64,000 nucleotides of DNA from assembly GCF_963921235.1 (NCBI RefSeq), contig NC_086097.1:143036001-143100000 (forward strand), read 5' to 3'. This document shows positions 52,792 through 64,000 of the stretch, piece after piece. The stretch is from Mobula hypostoma (taxonomy: Eukaryota). Under the pieces are notes generated by a model. The model was not told the origin of the DNA and ran no database searches. It saw nothing but the letters and a program-made list of their open reading frames with translations. The number at the start of each line of letters is the position of its first letter. Within the stretch, counting starts at the first letter, position 1. A program made the position numbers and the translations under genes.

Positions 52792-55529
52792 TTGTTTTTA
52801 TTAATTTTTTTATGAGTTTCTACAATACAACAAAAAAACCATGAGCAAAAAAAGATTTATACAGTGCAAGACAAACATGTCTAATATATAATTCATAACA
52901 GTAAAGAAAAAGCACCCAAAATAAAATCATATAAAGTTAGTATCGTCCCCACCCTCCCACTGCACAACTCCAAGCCAACCATTTCAATGTAAAGAAAAAT
53001 TAAACAGAGTTTTTGTCACCACAGAGCTGTAAATATATAAAAACGTATATTGCCTACAACCTAAACTGTAATATATTTCACATGAAAAAAACTGTAAAAC
53101 TTAACCAGAAAAAAAAAGCTGAAAGTAAGGGAATAAAACACAGGAAAAAAGGATAAACCTTTAATCTAAAGAGGAATTATGAAAATATTCAAGAAAAGGT
53201 CCCCACACCTTATGGAACTTTATGTCCGAATTAAGAAGTGAATAATGAATCTTTTCAAAGTCTAAATAGGACATAATGTCTCTAAGCCATTGAGTATTGA
53301 GTGGGTGGGGCAACATCTCTCCACCTAAGAAGAACTAAACGTCTAGCCAAAAGAGAGGCAAAAGATAATGTTCGACATTTAGTCGGACTCAAATACATGT
53401 CAACTTCACCCAAGGTGCCAAAAAGAACAATCAAAGGGTTAGGTTCAAAGTGGCAATTAAGAATATGGGATAAAGTTAAAAAGACTTCTCTCCAAAATTT
53501 CTCCAAACTAGGACAAGCCCAGTACATATGGATAAGAGAAGCCTCGCCCCCTTTACACTTGTCACAAAAAGGACTGATATCAGGATAAAACTGCAGTAAT
53601 TTAGTCATAGACATACGAGCCCTATGTACAACCATGAACTGCAAAAGACAGTGGTGAGCGCATAAAGAGGTTGAATTAACTGAATTAAGAATTGAATCCC
53701 AAACCTCGTTGGACAGAGAAATATTTAAATCATGCTCCCAGGCAGTTCTAATTTTATCAAAGGGGGCATGCCTCAAGGTCGCTAACTTATCACGAATAGT
53801 AGGTATTAAACCTTTACCCAATGGATTTATACAAAGAAACAAGTCCACAATGTTTTTTTCAGGCATCTCAGGAAAGTTTGGTATTAAAGGGTTAACAAAA
53901 TGTCTAATTTGAGGATATCTAAAAAAAAAATGAGTATTAGGTAGGTTAAACTTTGCAGACAGTTGTTGAAAAGTTGCAAAATGATCATCAATGAAAAGGT
54001 CTTCAAAGTGCCTAATGCTCTTTCTGTACCAGACATGAGCTGTTAAGTCTTGCATAGAAGGTCGGAAAAGATGGTTATGTAAAATAGGACTAGAGAGAGA
54101 GAGAGAAACCATGAAGACCATAATATTTTCTGAACTGAGCCCATATTCTCAGAGTATGTCTAAAGAGAGGATTAACAATTAGTTTAGGCAAATGACAAGG
54201 AAGTGCAGATCCAAGAAATGCAGAAATGGAGAAACCCTTATTAGAGTTGAACTCCATTGCCACCCATTTCGGGTAGTCAGACTGATTATAAAAGAAAGAC
54301 CAAAAATACGACGACGTATATTGGCTGCCCAGTAATACAAGTGAAAATTAGGCAAGGCCATGCCACCTTCCCTTTTAGGTTTTTGAAGGTGAACTTTATT
54401 AAGTCTGGAACATTTTCCCTTCCACAGATAGGACGAAATAATAGAATCTAACCAATCAAAAAAAGCTTTAGAAATAAAAATTGGTAAAGATTGGAATAAG
54501 TATAAAAATTTAGGAAGGATATACATTTTAACAACATGAATTCGACCTACCAGAGACATGGACAGGGGTGACCAGTGTGCCAAACTCTGCTTTGTATGAT
54601 TTAAAAGATTAGTGAAATTTTCTCGAAAAAGATGTTTGAAGTTCCTTGTTACTGTAATAGCGAGGTAAGTAAATTGATTATTTACTACTTTAAAAGGGAG
54701 GATATGAAATTCTAATATTTGTGCTTCTCTGTTAATCGGGAAAAGTTCACTCTTATGTAAATTAAGTTTGTATCTGGAAAGTTGGCTAAATTTATTTAGA
54801 AGTGAAAACATTGGGGGTAAGCAGGTAGTCGGATTTGATATAAAAAGTAAAAGATCATCAGCATAAAGAGAAACTTTATGCTCCACACCCCCCCTCTGAA
54901 TCCCTGTCAATCCAGCACAGCTACGAAATGCAATCGCCAGTGGCTCTATGGCCAGATCAAAAAGTAAGGGACTTAAAGCGCACCCTTGTCGGGTGCCACA
55001 TTTAAGGTTAAAGGGTTGGGATTGCTGAGAGTTGGTGAAAACAGAAGCAATGGGGTATGAATATAGCAATTTAATCCATGTAATAAAATTTTTTCCAAAA
55101 TCAAATTTTTCAAAATCAAAGATAGTTCCACTCCACACGATCAAATGTTTTCTCCGCGTCAAGAGAGATGACACATTCAGGAGTCCCAGTTGAAGGTGAA
55201 TACAAGATATTAAATAGACACTGTATATTAAAAAAAGGGAGGCGATTTTTAATAAAACCAGTTCGATCTTCAGAGATAATTGAGGATACAATGTTCTCCA
55301 ATCTACGAGCCAAAACTTTAGCCACAATTTTAACATCAGCATTTAACAAAGAAATCGGCCTATACGAAGAATACTCTATTGGGTCTTTACCTTTTTTCTC
55401 TAAAAGAATGATACGTGCCTCATTAAATGATGCTGGTAATTTACCATGTTTAAATGAATTGGATAAAACTAAGATTAACTGAGGCAAGAGCAGTGAGGAA
55501 AATGATTTATAAAATTCTGCAGAGATCCC
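52792..55529 (-). mobile_element. 5'-truncated L1-clade LINE (ORF2 RT plus zinc knuckle), 15-bp TSD
   Basis: YRPISLLNAD, GTRQGCALSP, SLYADDLL, CDKC...HMYWAC; AGTATGAGTATCTCT at 52777-52791 and AGTATGAGCATCTCT at 55530-55544. Confidence 0.93.
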
Positions 55530-55959
55530 AGTATGAGCATCTCTGAGGAGAACCATCACATTTACCAGTGGATTTGGGTGATTCCGAGATTCCATCGTAC
55601 AGTCTTATTTTCCCTCAGAGGTTTAGTGACACTAATGCTTTCAGTCAAAATGGACTTTTGTTACTGTGAAACATTCCCTTCTTCAGTTGCTGCCTCTCTA
55701 CTCTCTCCTCCAAGTGAAGTGGCAATGAGGTGGATCGTGCACGAAATTGAAGAAGCATCAAAGCCCTGCTGGTACAAAGCTAATTGCAGGGTGAGAAGAG
55801 AAATGGTACTGAACCATCAGGTAGCTAAAATAACCTTGGAACAGTTATTTCCTCAAGGGCTCTCTTCCCGCAGGGATCTCGGCAGACTCCTTGATAAGCT
55901 GGATGATTTTGTAGAATTGGTAGATCATAGAGTTGCTCAGCACAGCAACAGGTCACAAG

Positions 55960-56810
55960 GCCCATAGTCGCTGTGTCGACTAGTGGACATCCATCCATAT
56001 TAATTCCAGCCGTCAGCACCTTGTGTGGCCCAAGTGCTTCAAGCGCTGCTCTGCACGCTTTGTAAGGAATGAAAGTGACTCTGCTTCCACCTCTCTCTCA
56101 GGCAGTGTATTCCAGCTACTCATCACTCTCTGTGTGTAAAAGGTTCCCCTCAGATCCCCTCTTACCCCTTAGCTCAATCCTCCAGTTTTATCTATGTCAG
56201 GTACGATGACAACTTCCCCGCAGTCCACCCTATCTATACCCTTCATAATTTCCTCTACCTTAATCGCATCCCTTCTTAACCTCCTTGTCTCCAGGGAAAA
56301 CAGACCTAGCTACTTCAATTGCTTTATGTAATTAAAATGTCCCATCCCTGGCAAAATCCTGTTGAACATCCTCTGCACCTTCTTTAGCACCATCCCATCC
56401 TTCCTACAGTGCGGTTACCAGAACTGCACACAGCTCTGCAGCTGACACCTCATCCATGCTATATAATGTTTGAGAATTATCTCCCTTTTTTTAAAATTCA
56501 GAGTAATGAAAGCCGGTACTGCATTTACCTTCTGAACTACAGTACATTGTCTTCCTGCACTGCCACCTTGAAGGATCTTTGCCCTTGTTCTTTTGCTCCT
56601 CATAACTCATTTGGACCCATCTCATGGTGTATGTCCTAACCACATTACTATTCCCAAAATCAGTATACCTCATATTATTCAGGATTGAATTCCACCTGCC
56701 ATTTCTTAACCCATTTCACCAATAAGTTGTTATCATGATGTAGTCCAAGGCTATCCTCCACCACCATCAACATCTCCTCCAAGCTTTGTATCATCTGCAA
56801 AGTTATTAGA
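55960..56810 (-). mobile_element. Degenerate CR1-like fragment
   Basis: tttgtatcatctgcaaag (FADDT antisense); LQSCVQFW. Confidence 0.75.
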
Positions 56811-57152
56811 GGAAATGTTTGACGACATGACATTACAAAATCTCTCAATTAAAATAAAGTGAACGAGGGCATTTTATATGACAGTAACTCCTCTGGTGTT
56901 CCGTGCACAGCAGAGATTCATTAGAACACTTCAAATGGAGGCTGCTCAGGAGATTTAGTTTCCATACTGACGTGACCATGGCACGTTCACATCTGCATCA
57001 GCCAATCATAAGACAATGGGCTATGTCAATAGGCCTGCATCAGACCAGTCATCAGACACCAGCCAAGTTATTTTGTCACTTAGCGCATCAAGTGTGGTTT
57101 TAGGCATATTTGTTCTGTCTATGAATAGTTAGGAGTCAGTCCTCACAACACC

Positions 57153-57466
57153 TAACAAGAGAACATCTCTTGTTAGAGAAAATCTGCGGATACTGGAAAT
57201 CCAAGCAACACACACAAAATGCTGGAGGAACTCAGCAGGCCAGGCAGCAACTATGGAAAAAAGTGCAGTCAATGTTTCGGGCCGAGACCCTTCATCAGGA
57301 CTGGAGAAAAAAATACCAGGGGTAAAGTTAAGCCCTCAGCTTTTAACTCTACTCATTTTCTTTTTCTCCAGTCCTGCTGAAGGGTCTCAGCCTGAAACGT
57401 CAGCTGTTTACTCTTTTCCATAGATGCTGCCTGGTCTGCTGAGTTCCTCCAGCATTTTGTGTGCGT
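57153..57466. mobile_element. Fold-back Penelope-derived insertion with two inverted hammerhead-like motifs; 13-bp TSD
   Basis: TCCTCACAACACC at 57140-57152 and 57467-57479; arms 57207-57315 and 57357-57467 are reverse complementary. Confidence 0.9.
57266..57303 (-). ncRNA. Minimal type I hammerhead ribozyme-like motif (Penelope type)
   Basis: CAGUC-CUGAUGA-A-GGGU(CUCG)GCCC-GAAAC-AUU-GACUG: perfect stem I, intact core boxes, 4-bp stem II; stem III decayed from ACGU to ACAU. Confidence 0.7.
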
Positions 57467-57502
57467 TCCTCACAACACCAAGTTTGGTTCCTGTGACTGA
57501 AA

Positions 57503-58256
57503 TGCCTCACCTGCCCATTTACTTCATCCCTTACTTCTATTCAGGGCCACCAAAAGTCCTTCCAGGTGAGGCAATACTTCTTCCGTGAATCTGTTGGGAT
57601 CGTCTATTGTATCTGGTGCTCCCAATGCAGCCTTCTCTACATTGGTGAGACCCGACGTAAATCGGGGGACCGCTTTGTTGAGCACCTCCACTCCATCTGC
57701 TTAAAGCAGAATATTCTGGTGGCCAACCATTTTAATTCCTATCCCCCCCACCAATTCCTGTTCTGACATACCAGTCCATGGCCTCCTCTTTTGTCACGAT
57801 GAGGCCATTGCTTGGGTGGAGGAGCAACACCTCGTATTCCATCTGGGCAGCCTCCAACCCAATGGCATGAACATTGATTTCTCCTTCCAGTAATGATTTT
57901 CCACCTCTCCCTTCTCCCATTCCCCACTCTGGCCTCTTACCTCTTGTCCTCATTTACCTATCACCTCCCTCAGTGCCCCTCTTTCTTTCCTTTCACCCAT
58001 GGTCCTCTCTCCTTTCCTATCAGGTTCCCTTTTCTGCAGCCCTGGCTTCACCCTTCATTTCTAGCTAGTCCTCCATTCCCCTCCACCCACCTTTTTATTC
58101 TGGCATCTTCCCCCTTCCTTTCCAGTCCTGAAGAAGGGTCAGCCTGAAACATCAACTATATATTCATTTCAATAGATGCTGCCTGACCTGCTGAGTTCTT
58201 CCAGAATTGTGTGTGTGTATCGCTCTGGATTTCCAGCATCTGCAGAATCTCTTGTG
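57503..58256 (+). mobile_element. Penelope-like element 3' portion (GIY-YIG endonuclease remnant plus hammerhead-bearing tail)
   Basis: GIVYCIWCSQCSLLYIGETRR..DRFVEH...VANHFN; CAGTC-CTGAAGA-A-GGGTC..GAAAC at 58123-58150. Confidence 0.9.
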
Positions 58257-59221
58257 CTACTAATTTTGGTTACCTGTGTTTCCTTTCCTCAGAAGCTTTT
58301 AGAACCTGTATTACTTTATACCAGCAAAGGTGGAACATTCAGAAGAGATTTATCAGTTACAGTACAGCTGTCCCAAATACTGTATATAATTCAATGGAAC
58401 CATTGTCAGACTCAAAATAGCAAAATAAATTATCTTGAAGCTATTGAAATGGTATTGAATCATTCCCCGTTATGTCTGTTCTAAAGGGTGTACTTTTGAG
58501 TTCAGAGAGATTCTGCTGAGACTGTCTCCAGGAGAATGCCTGCCTGAATAAAGCCCTTTATGTCCACCAGGTGCAGTGTCTCCAATAACTCAGTTCCAAG
58601 TTATAACAGCATCACTGTGCTACCTTTGCACCACTTCAAGAAATTCATGTCATTTTTTGTCAAATGGTGATTGATAATTGGCTCATCAATGTGCACTAAA
58701 AATGGATTGAAATCAGATATTGATGTTGTCCCACAGCAGGAGGTTCCATCTGAAATATTGTGATGAATTCAGGCATTCTAGAGAATTACGTGCAGATAAA
58801 ATTCCATCTTTTTTTTTTACTGAGCGTTATGTTATTCAGTAAGTCGGGCAGAAGACATGAAGATTGATGGAGCTGTGGATAGTGTGGAGGATAGTTTTGG
58901 GCTGAAGGGTGATATCAGTGTCTTGCGGAAATAGGAAGAGTAAACGGACTTTAATCCTGTTTAATGTTTAACATTGGGAGCATTGATGAGGTTATGAATG
59001 ATAGGGTCAAAAGAGTATTGAGTAATGGAGGGATTTTGTGCACAAGTCCAGTTTCTCCAGCATTTCCTGTTTCAGATTCCAAAATCTACAGTGATGTTAG
59101 ATTTCCAAATAAAAGACATGGGATTTGGTAGGTGAATTTGCAATTGCAAGTTGCCCCTAGCATGCAGCTGAATAGTAGAATTTATTGGGTTGGGGTGGGG
59201 GGCGGTGGCGAGTTGATGGTA

Positions 59222-61160
59222 GTGTAGACTCAGCAGGTCATAAAAGGTCTAAGTTGGTTCTGTACAGCTCCAGCCATTTTCAGGGCTGCAGTATAAAGAT
59301 GTCTTAGATCATTTTGCTCTACGCTACTGGCAATCTACATACATGGACACCACTGCCTCAATTCTTCATCAATATTTGGCTAACACGCAGATTCCTTGGT
59401 GATTATGTTGCTGGTTCCAGTGTCTGGCATGTAGTGAGTCAATAATAATTTACTCAAGTGTACATGGAATGACTACTCCATGTTCCTATTTTAAACATCC
59501 TTAATTACTTGATAATTCAAGCCTACCATTACAGAAATTCTATAAAATCTCAAATGGATATTTGTCACTAGTTTATCCTTCCAAATGATATTCATAAACT
59601 TTCCTTAAATACATCTTTCTGAATTGCAAGCTCATTCACTTTTACTGAAAAACACGGTCAAGTGTGAAAACTTATTAATGTGGGAGAACATCAGCCTGTG
59701 GAGTAAAACCTTCTGTAAAATCAACTTCTGATCTTGTTCCCCTTCTTGTCTGTCATCACCAATCACCCACCAATGTAGTCCATCTAGGAGGAGCTCAAGA
59801 CAGCAAGTCATTGCAGCTTGCCATAGACTTTCAAACTTGTCAAGAGTCTAAAGACTGATGTTGTTTCACCCTAAGGGTAAATGACTGATCTGCATGTCAT
59901 ACTTATCCTTTTCCAGAATAGAACACTCTGCAACTACATAAATATGCATCTCTTCTAGGAATCATAACTTGGCTTAGAGGCCTGTTGGCTCACACTACCG
60001 TTTGTAATAGAGATGTTACTGAAGATAAAGTTTGTGTTATCAGTGGTTGTAGGACTGTACAGATTCACTTTCTGATAACTTGTAAGACACGTGTTTCCCT
60101 GTGCTGTTACCATGAGGAATCTTGGTGAGAAACATTAATATTTCCCCTCTCCCAATTAATGCAACTTGATTTGCCGAAGCCTCCAGCATTACAGTTTCGA
60201 TTTTCAGACCTGCATTTTTGACTCCTACTCTATATGATACGCACCTAAGACTACACTCTTGTTAATTATTTATTTATTAGAGATATAGCGCAACAATATT
60301 CCAGCCCAACAATCTGCCTTGCACAGCAACCCATCTATTTAAACACTAGCATAATAACAGGATTTACAATGACCAATCAGCCTATTAACTGGTATATCTT
60401 TTGGACTGTGTGAGGAAACTGGAGCACCTGGAGGAAACCCACGCAGTCACAGGGAGAATGTACAAACAATGCTGGAACTGAAATCTGAATTCTGTCGCCC
60501 AAGCTGTAATAGCACTGTGCTACCTGCTACAATATTGCGGCGCCCCTCCTGCCTATGTTGTGCTTACGAGCTATTGCTATTTATTCTTCTTTTGAAATAA
60601 ACATAAACTTTTTAAAGAATAGTTGGGTTACAAATGATTGCTGGTAAACTTTGTTTCTAGACTGAAGTTGTCTTTTGATTCAGGTCATGTTACATTTGCC
60701 ACAGCCAAAGAACGGAATTCCCTGGAAACCTTGATTTCAGGGAAGTTGTAATTCAGCATTCCATATCAGATGATAGGATTTTTTGTGCCTAATTGCTTCA
60801 TCTGGATCCTTTCATCTCAGAGCTCACATAAAATTGTTTCTAACTGCACAATCCAAGAAGTCTTCACAGTTACAGTACCTTGATAGGACTTTGTGTGTGA
60901 TGGTTTCTCTCAGCTTTTGATTGCATGTGGCAAACTTATAGCTCTTTGCTAGCTCAAATTGCTGTGGGTTGAAATCTGCTTTCAACTTCTGAATTACCTC
61001 TGCAAGTGAGATATCTACCACTTTCTGCAGAACTGCTAGGTTAGCAAGTGTGTGACACACTTCAGAGTCTATTTCATTAAGTTATGTTGCTTGTCTTCCT
61101 TTTCATCAAGGTCCCATTTAATGGCTACACATTTCAAGCACCATCTCAAGAACATTATTG
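59222..61160 (-). mobile_element. Heavily deleted Gypsy-type LTR retrotransposon remnant (gag plus integrase traces)
   Basis: gag-like SLAEVIQKLKADFNP..LAKSYKF..NQK..E...CNCEDFLD at 60824-61060; integrase-like PNIDEE near 59360-59380 and RTNLDLL near 59235-59262. Confidence 0.55.
60270..60546 (-). mobile_element. V-SINE-like element
   Basis: Reverse-complement similar to 39770-39985 (ggaaactggagcacctggaggaaacccacgc). Confidence 0.7.
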
Positions 61161-61759
61161 GCTTTGAAATCACAAGTCTTGAGTTTAATGGCAGAGTGCT
61201 AAATGAATTGATCTAATCCAGGAGACCTCAGCAATAAGAGTTTATGGTGGGGAGATTAATCCTTCAGGGCCAGTTTTCTAATGCAGAGTCCATGAAGCAA
61301 GATCACTTCTCCTAGGGGCTTGATATGGACTTTAAAAAAATAACTTATCCAATCTCACCACCAACTGTAACAAAACCCAAGACATATTTTGTGTACTTTT
61401 TTTATTCCTACTTACAATACCCATTACAGGATGCAGTATCTTCAAATAAGATTGCTTACTTCATTGAATGTTTACAAGGAAGCTTGAGATGAAAAACCTT
61501 TTTGAGCATAACTTCAATCATACTTGTGGGTTGTTCTTAATGGAAATGATGATAACCCAACTAGACCAATGGGAAATTGTGATCTGATCAAATACTTATT
61601 TTTAATTTGCATTGATCTTCATATTCAACTCCATTTTAAAAAAGTCTTCAGTAATTAAGCAACCAATGCCACCCTAAAGCAGGACCTGACAGCACTGAGG
61701 GCCAGGCGGACAAGTGCCAGCTCGACTTCCAAGTCAGAACTAATAAATATTATCTCTTG

Positions 61760-62220
61760 ACAGGCAAAGCACCTGAACCACCAACCCACTGATGTTAAAC
61801 CGACACCCCCAATATTTGACATTTACCATTTGGGAAAATATTCTGACTATCCACCCCATCTTACCTCTCATAATCTTATATATGCTGTAGTGATGTTGCT
61901 TCGCAGCCTCTGATGCTCCTGAGAAAACCATCTCAGTTTATTCCACCACTCCATATAATTAATGTTATCTAATCCAGACACCATCCTGATAAACCTCTCC
62001 TGTGCCTCTGCAAAGCTTCTATATCCTTCTGGTAATACTGCAACCAGAACTGGACACTTCTCCAAATGTGGCTGAAACAAAGTTTGTACACAGCTGCAAC
62101 CTGACTTGCCAAGTTTCACACTCAGTGTCCTTATCTATGAAGGCAGGCATGCCATATGACTTTTTTTTAAAAAACTACTTGGGTTGCAACTTTCAGGGAG
62201 CTATGGACCTGCATTTCATG
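61760..62220 (-). mobile_element. Degenerate CR1 3' fragment
   Basis: AQERFIRMVSGL...; YKIMRG. Confidence 0.7.
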
Positions 62221-62741
62221 TTGCTAATTAGACAACATACAGATCATGCAGATCATTTATTTAGATTAAGATCAGAGGCCCCTTTTAGCCCTCATGTTTC
62301 TCTGCTGAAGTTCTTTCCAGCTTCCTTTATACTCTTCAGGGACCTTATCTGATTTTAGCTCTCTAAACTTTACATATGGTTCCCTTTGTTTTTGACTAAA
62401 CTTACAGCAGTTCTTGTTATCCAAGGTCCTTGAACCTTGCCATTGTCAGCACAAGGACTGCAGTAGTAATCCTTACCACCTCCACTTAGGAACTAGGAAA
62501 GTTGGCAGTAAATTTCAGGCAGCGATTCTGAAACCAGACTTTAGATAGAACTGCAGATTAATTCCAGAGTTTTGCATCCAAGCTCAGAGTTCATTTTATT
62601 ATTCAGTGAATCTCAGTAATGGTAAACATGTGTGACTGTTGAGCTAGTCTCAATGCCTACCAAATCTAGTACAATTTCTGTGCCCCACAGCAGCAATTTC
62701 TGAGTTCTCTATAATTCAATAGTACTGTCCCAGCCTATATA

Positions 62742-63487
62742 TATAGGATTCTGGTTAAAATTGTCTTGGTCCCTCAGTTAATTTGGGACGACGCTTAAAG
62801 GAAACAAAAACCTGAACATAGCTGGGATTCCCTTTGTTTATTTGGAATACTATGCCACGTAATTGGGACTGGAGACTGCTGTTAAACCGTTTTTAAACAG
62901 GCATTACTGTGCTTAGAGTGATAAGTTTTTAAATAGCGTCAGTTGAATGTGTTTGTTTTCAAAAAGCAGTGACTTCTGTCACTGACAGCTGGTGTTAGAA
63001 GTAAGCAGTAAGAGAATTCAGGATTGTTTTGCTCATTGTAGTTTAAGCATTCAGGCTTTAGGAAGTTAGATAATGGCTGGGAGTGAAAATGAAACGATTT
63101 CACTACATCAAGTTAGAAGCTATGGAGAATTAAGGTATCAGCAGTCATCCTGAACATTACAATGAAAATGAAGATTTGGAGGATGAAATTGTCGACAACA
63201 TTATATCATGTACACTAGGCGTCTGCGATGATTTTGTTCATTTACAATCAAAAGAATGCGGCATAGTTGAATTCCTCCCTTTGTAAATATTAAGAGCTAA
63301 TAGCACTGTTTCATAGGGCTGAAATAGCATTGATTGTGTTCAAATTTGTTTTGTATTTCATTTAAATACATCATTTGTTACTTAGTTGGTCTTTTTTATA
63401 CCTTTTTAACTATTTTCATGAAACTTCAGCTAATTGGGGATAAATGTACGGCACCTGATGAGCCCCAATTAACTGGAATCCACTGTA
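62742..63487. mobile_element. Tigger/pogo-like non-autonomous DNA transposon
   Basis: Right end aattaactggaatccactg-TA and degenerate left end ggattctggttaa are inverse-related. Confidence 0.6.
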
Positions 63488-63759
63488 TTTACTAACCAAT
63501 ACTGAAAAAACAATTTAATCAGTCTTTTATCTGATCTGTATATGTAGGTCCATTCCTCTATTTAAGGGCAGTTTGAGGAGACACTTTGCTCAACTTCCAC
63601 CTTATTTCAATTCATGGAGAAGATTTTGATGCAGATTTTCATCTTTTCTTTTGCTTGGCTGCCAAAATATTTCATAGCTCAATCCTTGGCTGAAAAGCAA
63701 ATTAACCAAAATCCAAAAAAGCAAAGGATAATTTAGATAATGATGATAATAGCATGCAC

Positions 63760-63921
63760 CTGCAGATTATAATGAGGAACTTTATCAGGAGGAGTGCTTG
63801 TCCAAGGCCTGCCTCAGCCTCCTCAGTCGATAATCTCTGTACACATTGACTCAATTGATGGCTCAGAACTTGCAGCACATTGCCTGGCAACAGTGGAATC
63901 TCTGCAGTCATCTCTTCAGGC
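63760..63921 (-). CDS. NBEAL2: NBEAL2 exon A (162 nt): (R)PEEMTAEIPLLP...IKFLIIIC(R)
   Basis: Acceptor ttctag|G, donor AG|gtgcat; phase 2-2. Confidence 0.92.
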
Positions 63922-64000
63922 CTAGAAGTAACAAGAAAATACAGAGGATTGAAACCATAGCAACGAAACATAAATCAGATCAGGCCTTGAGCAAGAAACT

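Noticed and set aside
54179..55342. 387-aa RT ORF as a domesticated or active gene
   Set aside because: It is part of a 5'-truncated, frameshifted L1 bounded by TSDs, and the ORF's ends are out-of-frame sequence.

Overview
Vertebrate genomic DNA. The repeat landscape suggests a cartilaginous fish, probably a ray or skate (inference). The window lies inside one large minus-strand gene, NBEAL2 (neurobeachin-like 2, BEACH family). I traced 21 consecutive GT-AG coding exons from 63921 down to 6051 (3259 nt, all phases compatible, no stops). They cover the N-terminal region, the ConA/LamG-like segment and the start of the DUF4704-type helical region. The first exons lie to the right of the window and the PH-BEACH-WD40 exons to the left. 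The introns are filled with transposon debris: CR1, L1, Rex1/Babar, L2, Penelope (GIY-YIG), V-SINE-like and Deu-SINE-like elements, Tc1, Tigger and hAT MITEs, and a Gypsy remnant. There is also a 24 x 24-bp minisatellite. The most notable non-routine signal is a family of short Penelope-derived insertions carrying a minimal type I hammerhead-ribozyme motif. Several have clean target-site duplications (TSDs) and fold-back structure, and some lie in the sense of the pre-mRNA. Other points of interest are a twin-priming-type inverted L1 and candidate regulated or cryptic exons. I found no prokaryote-type system (CRISPR, operon) and no clearly new protein-coding system.
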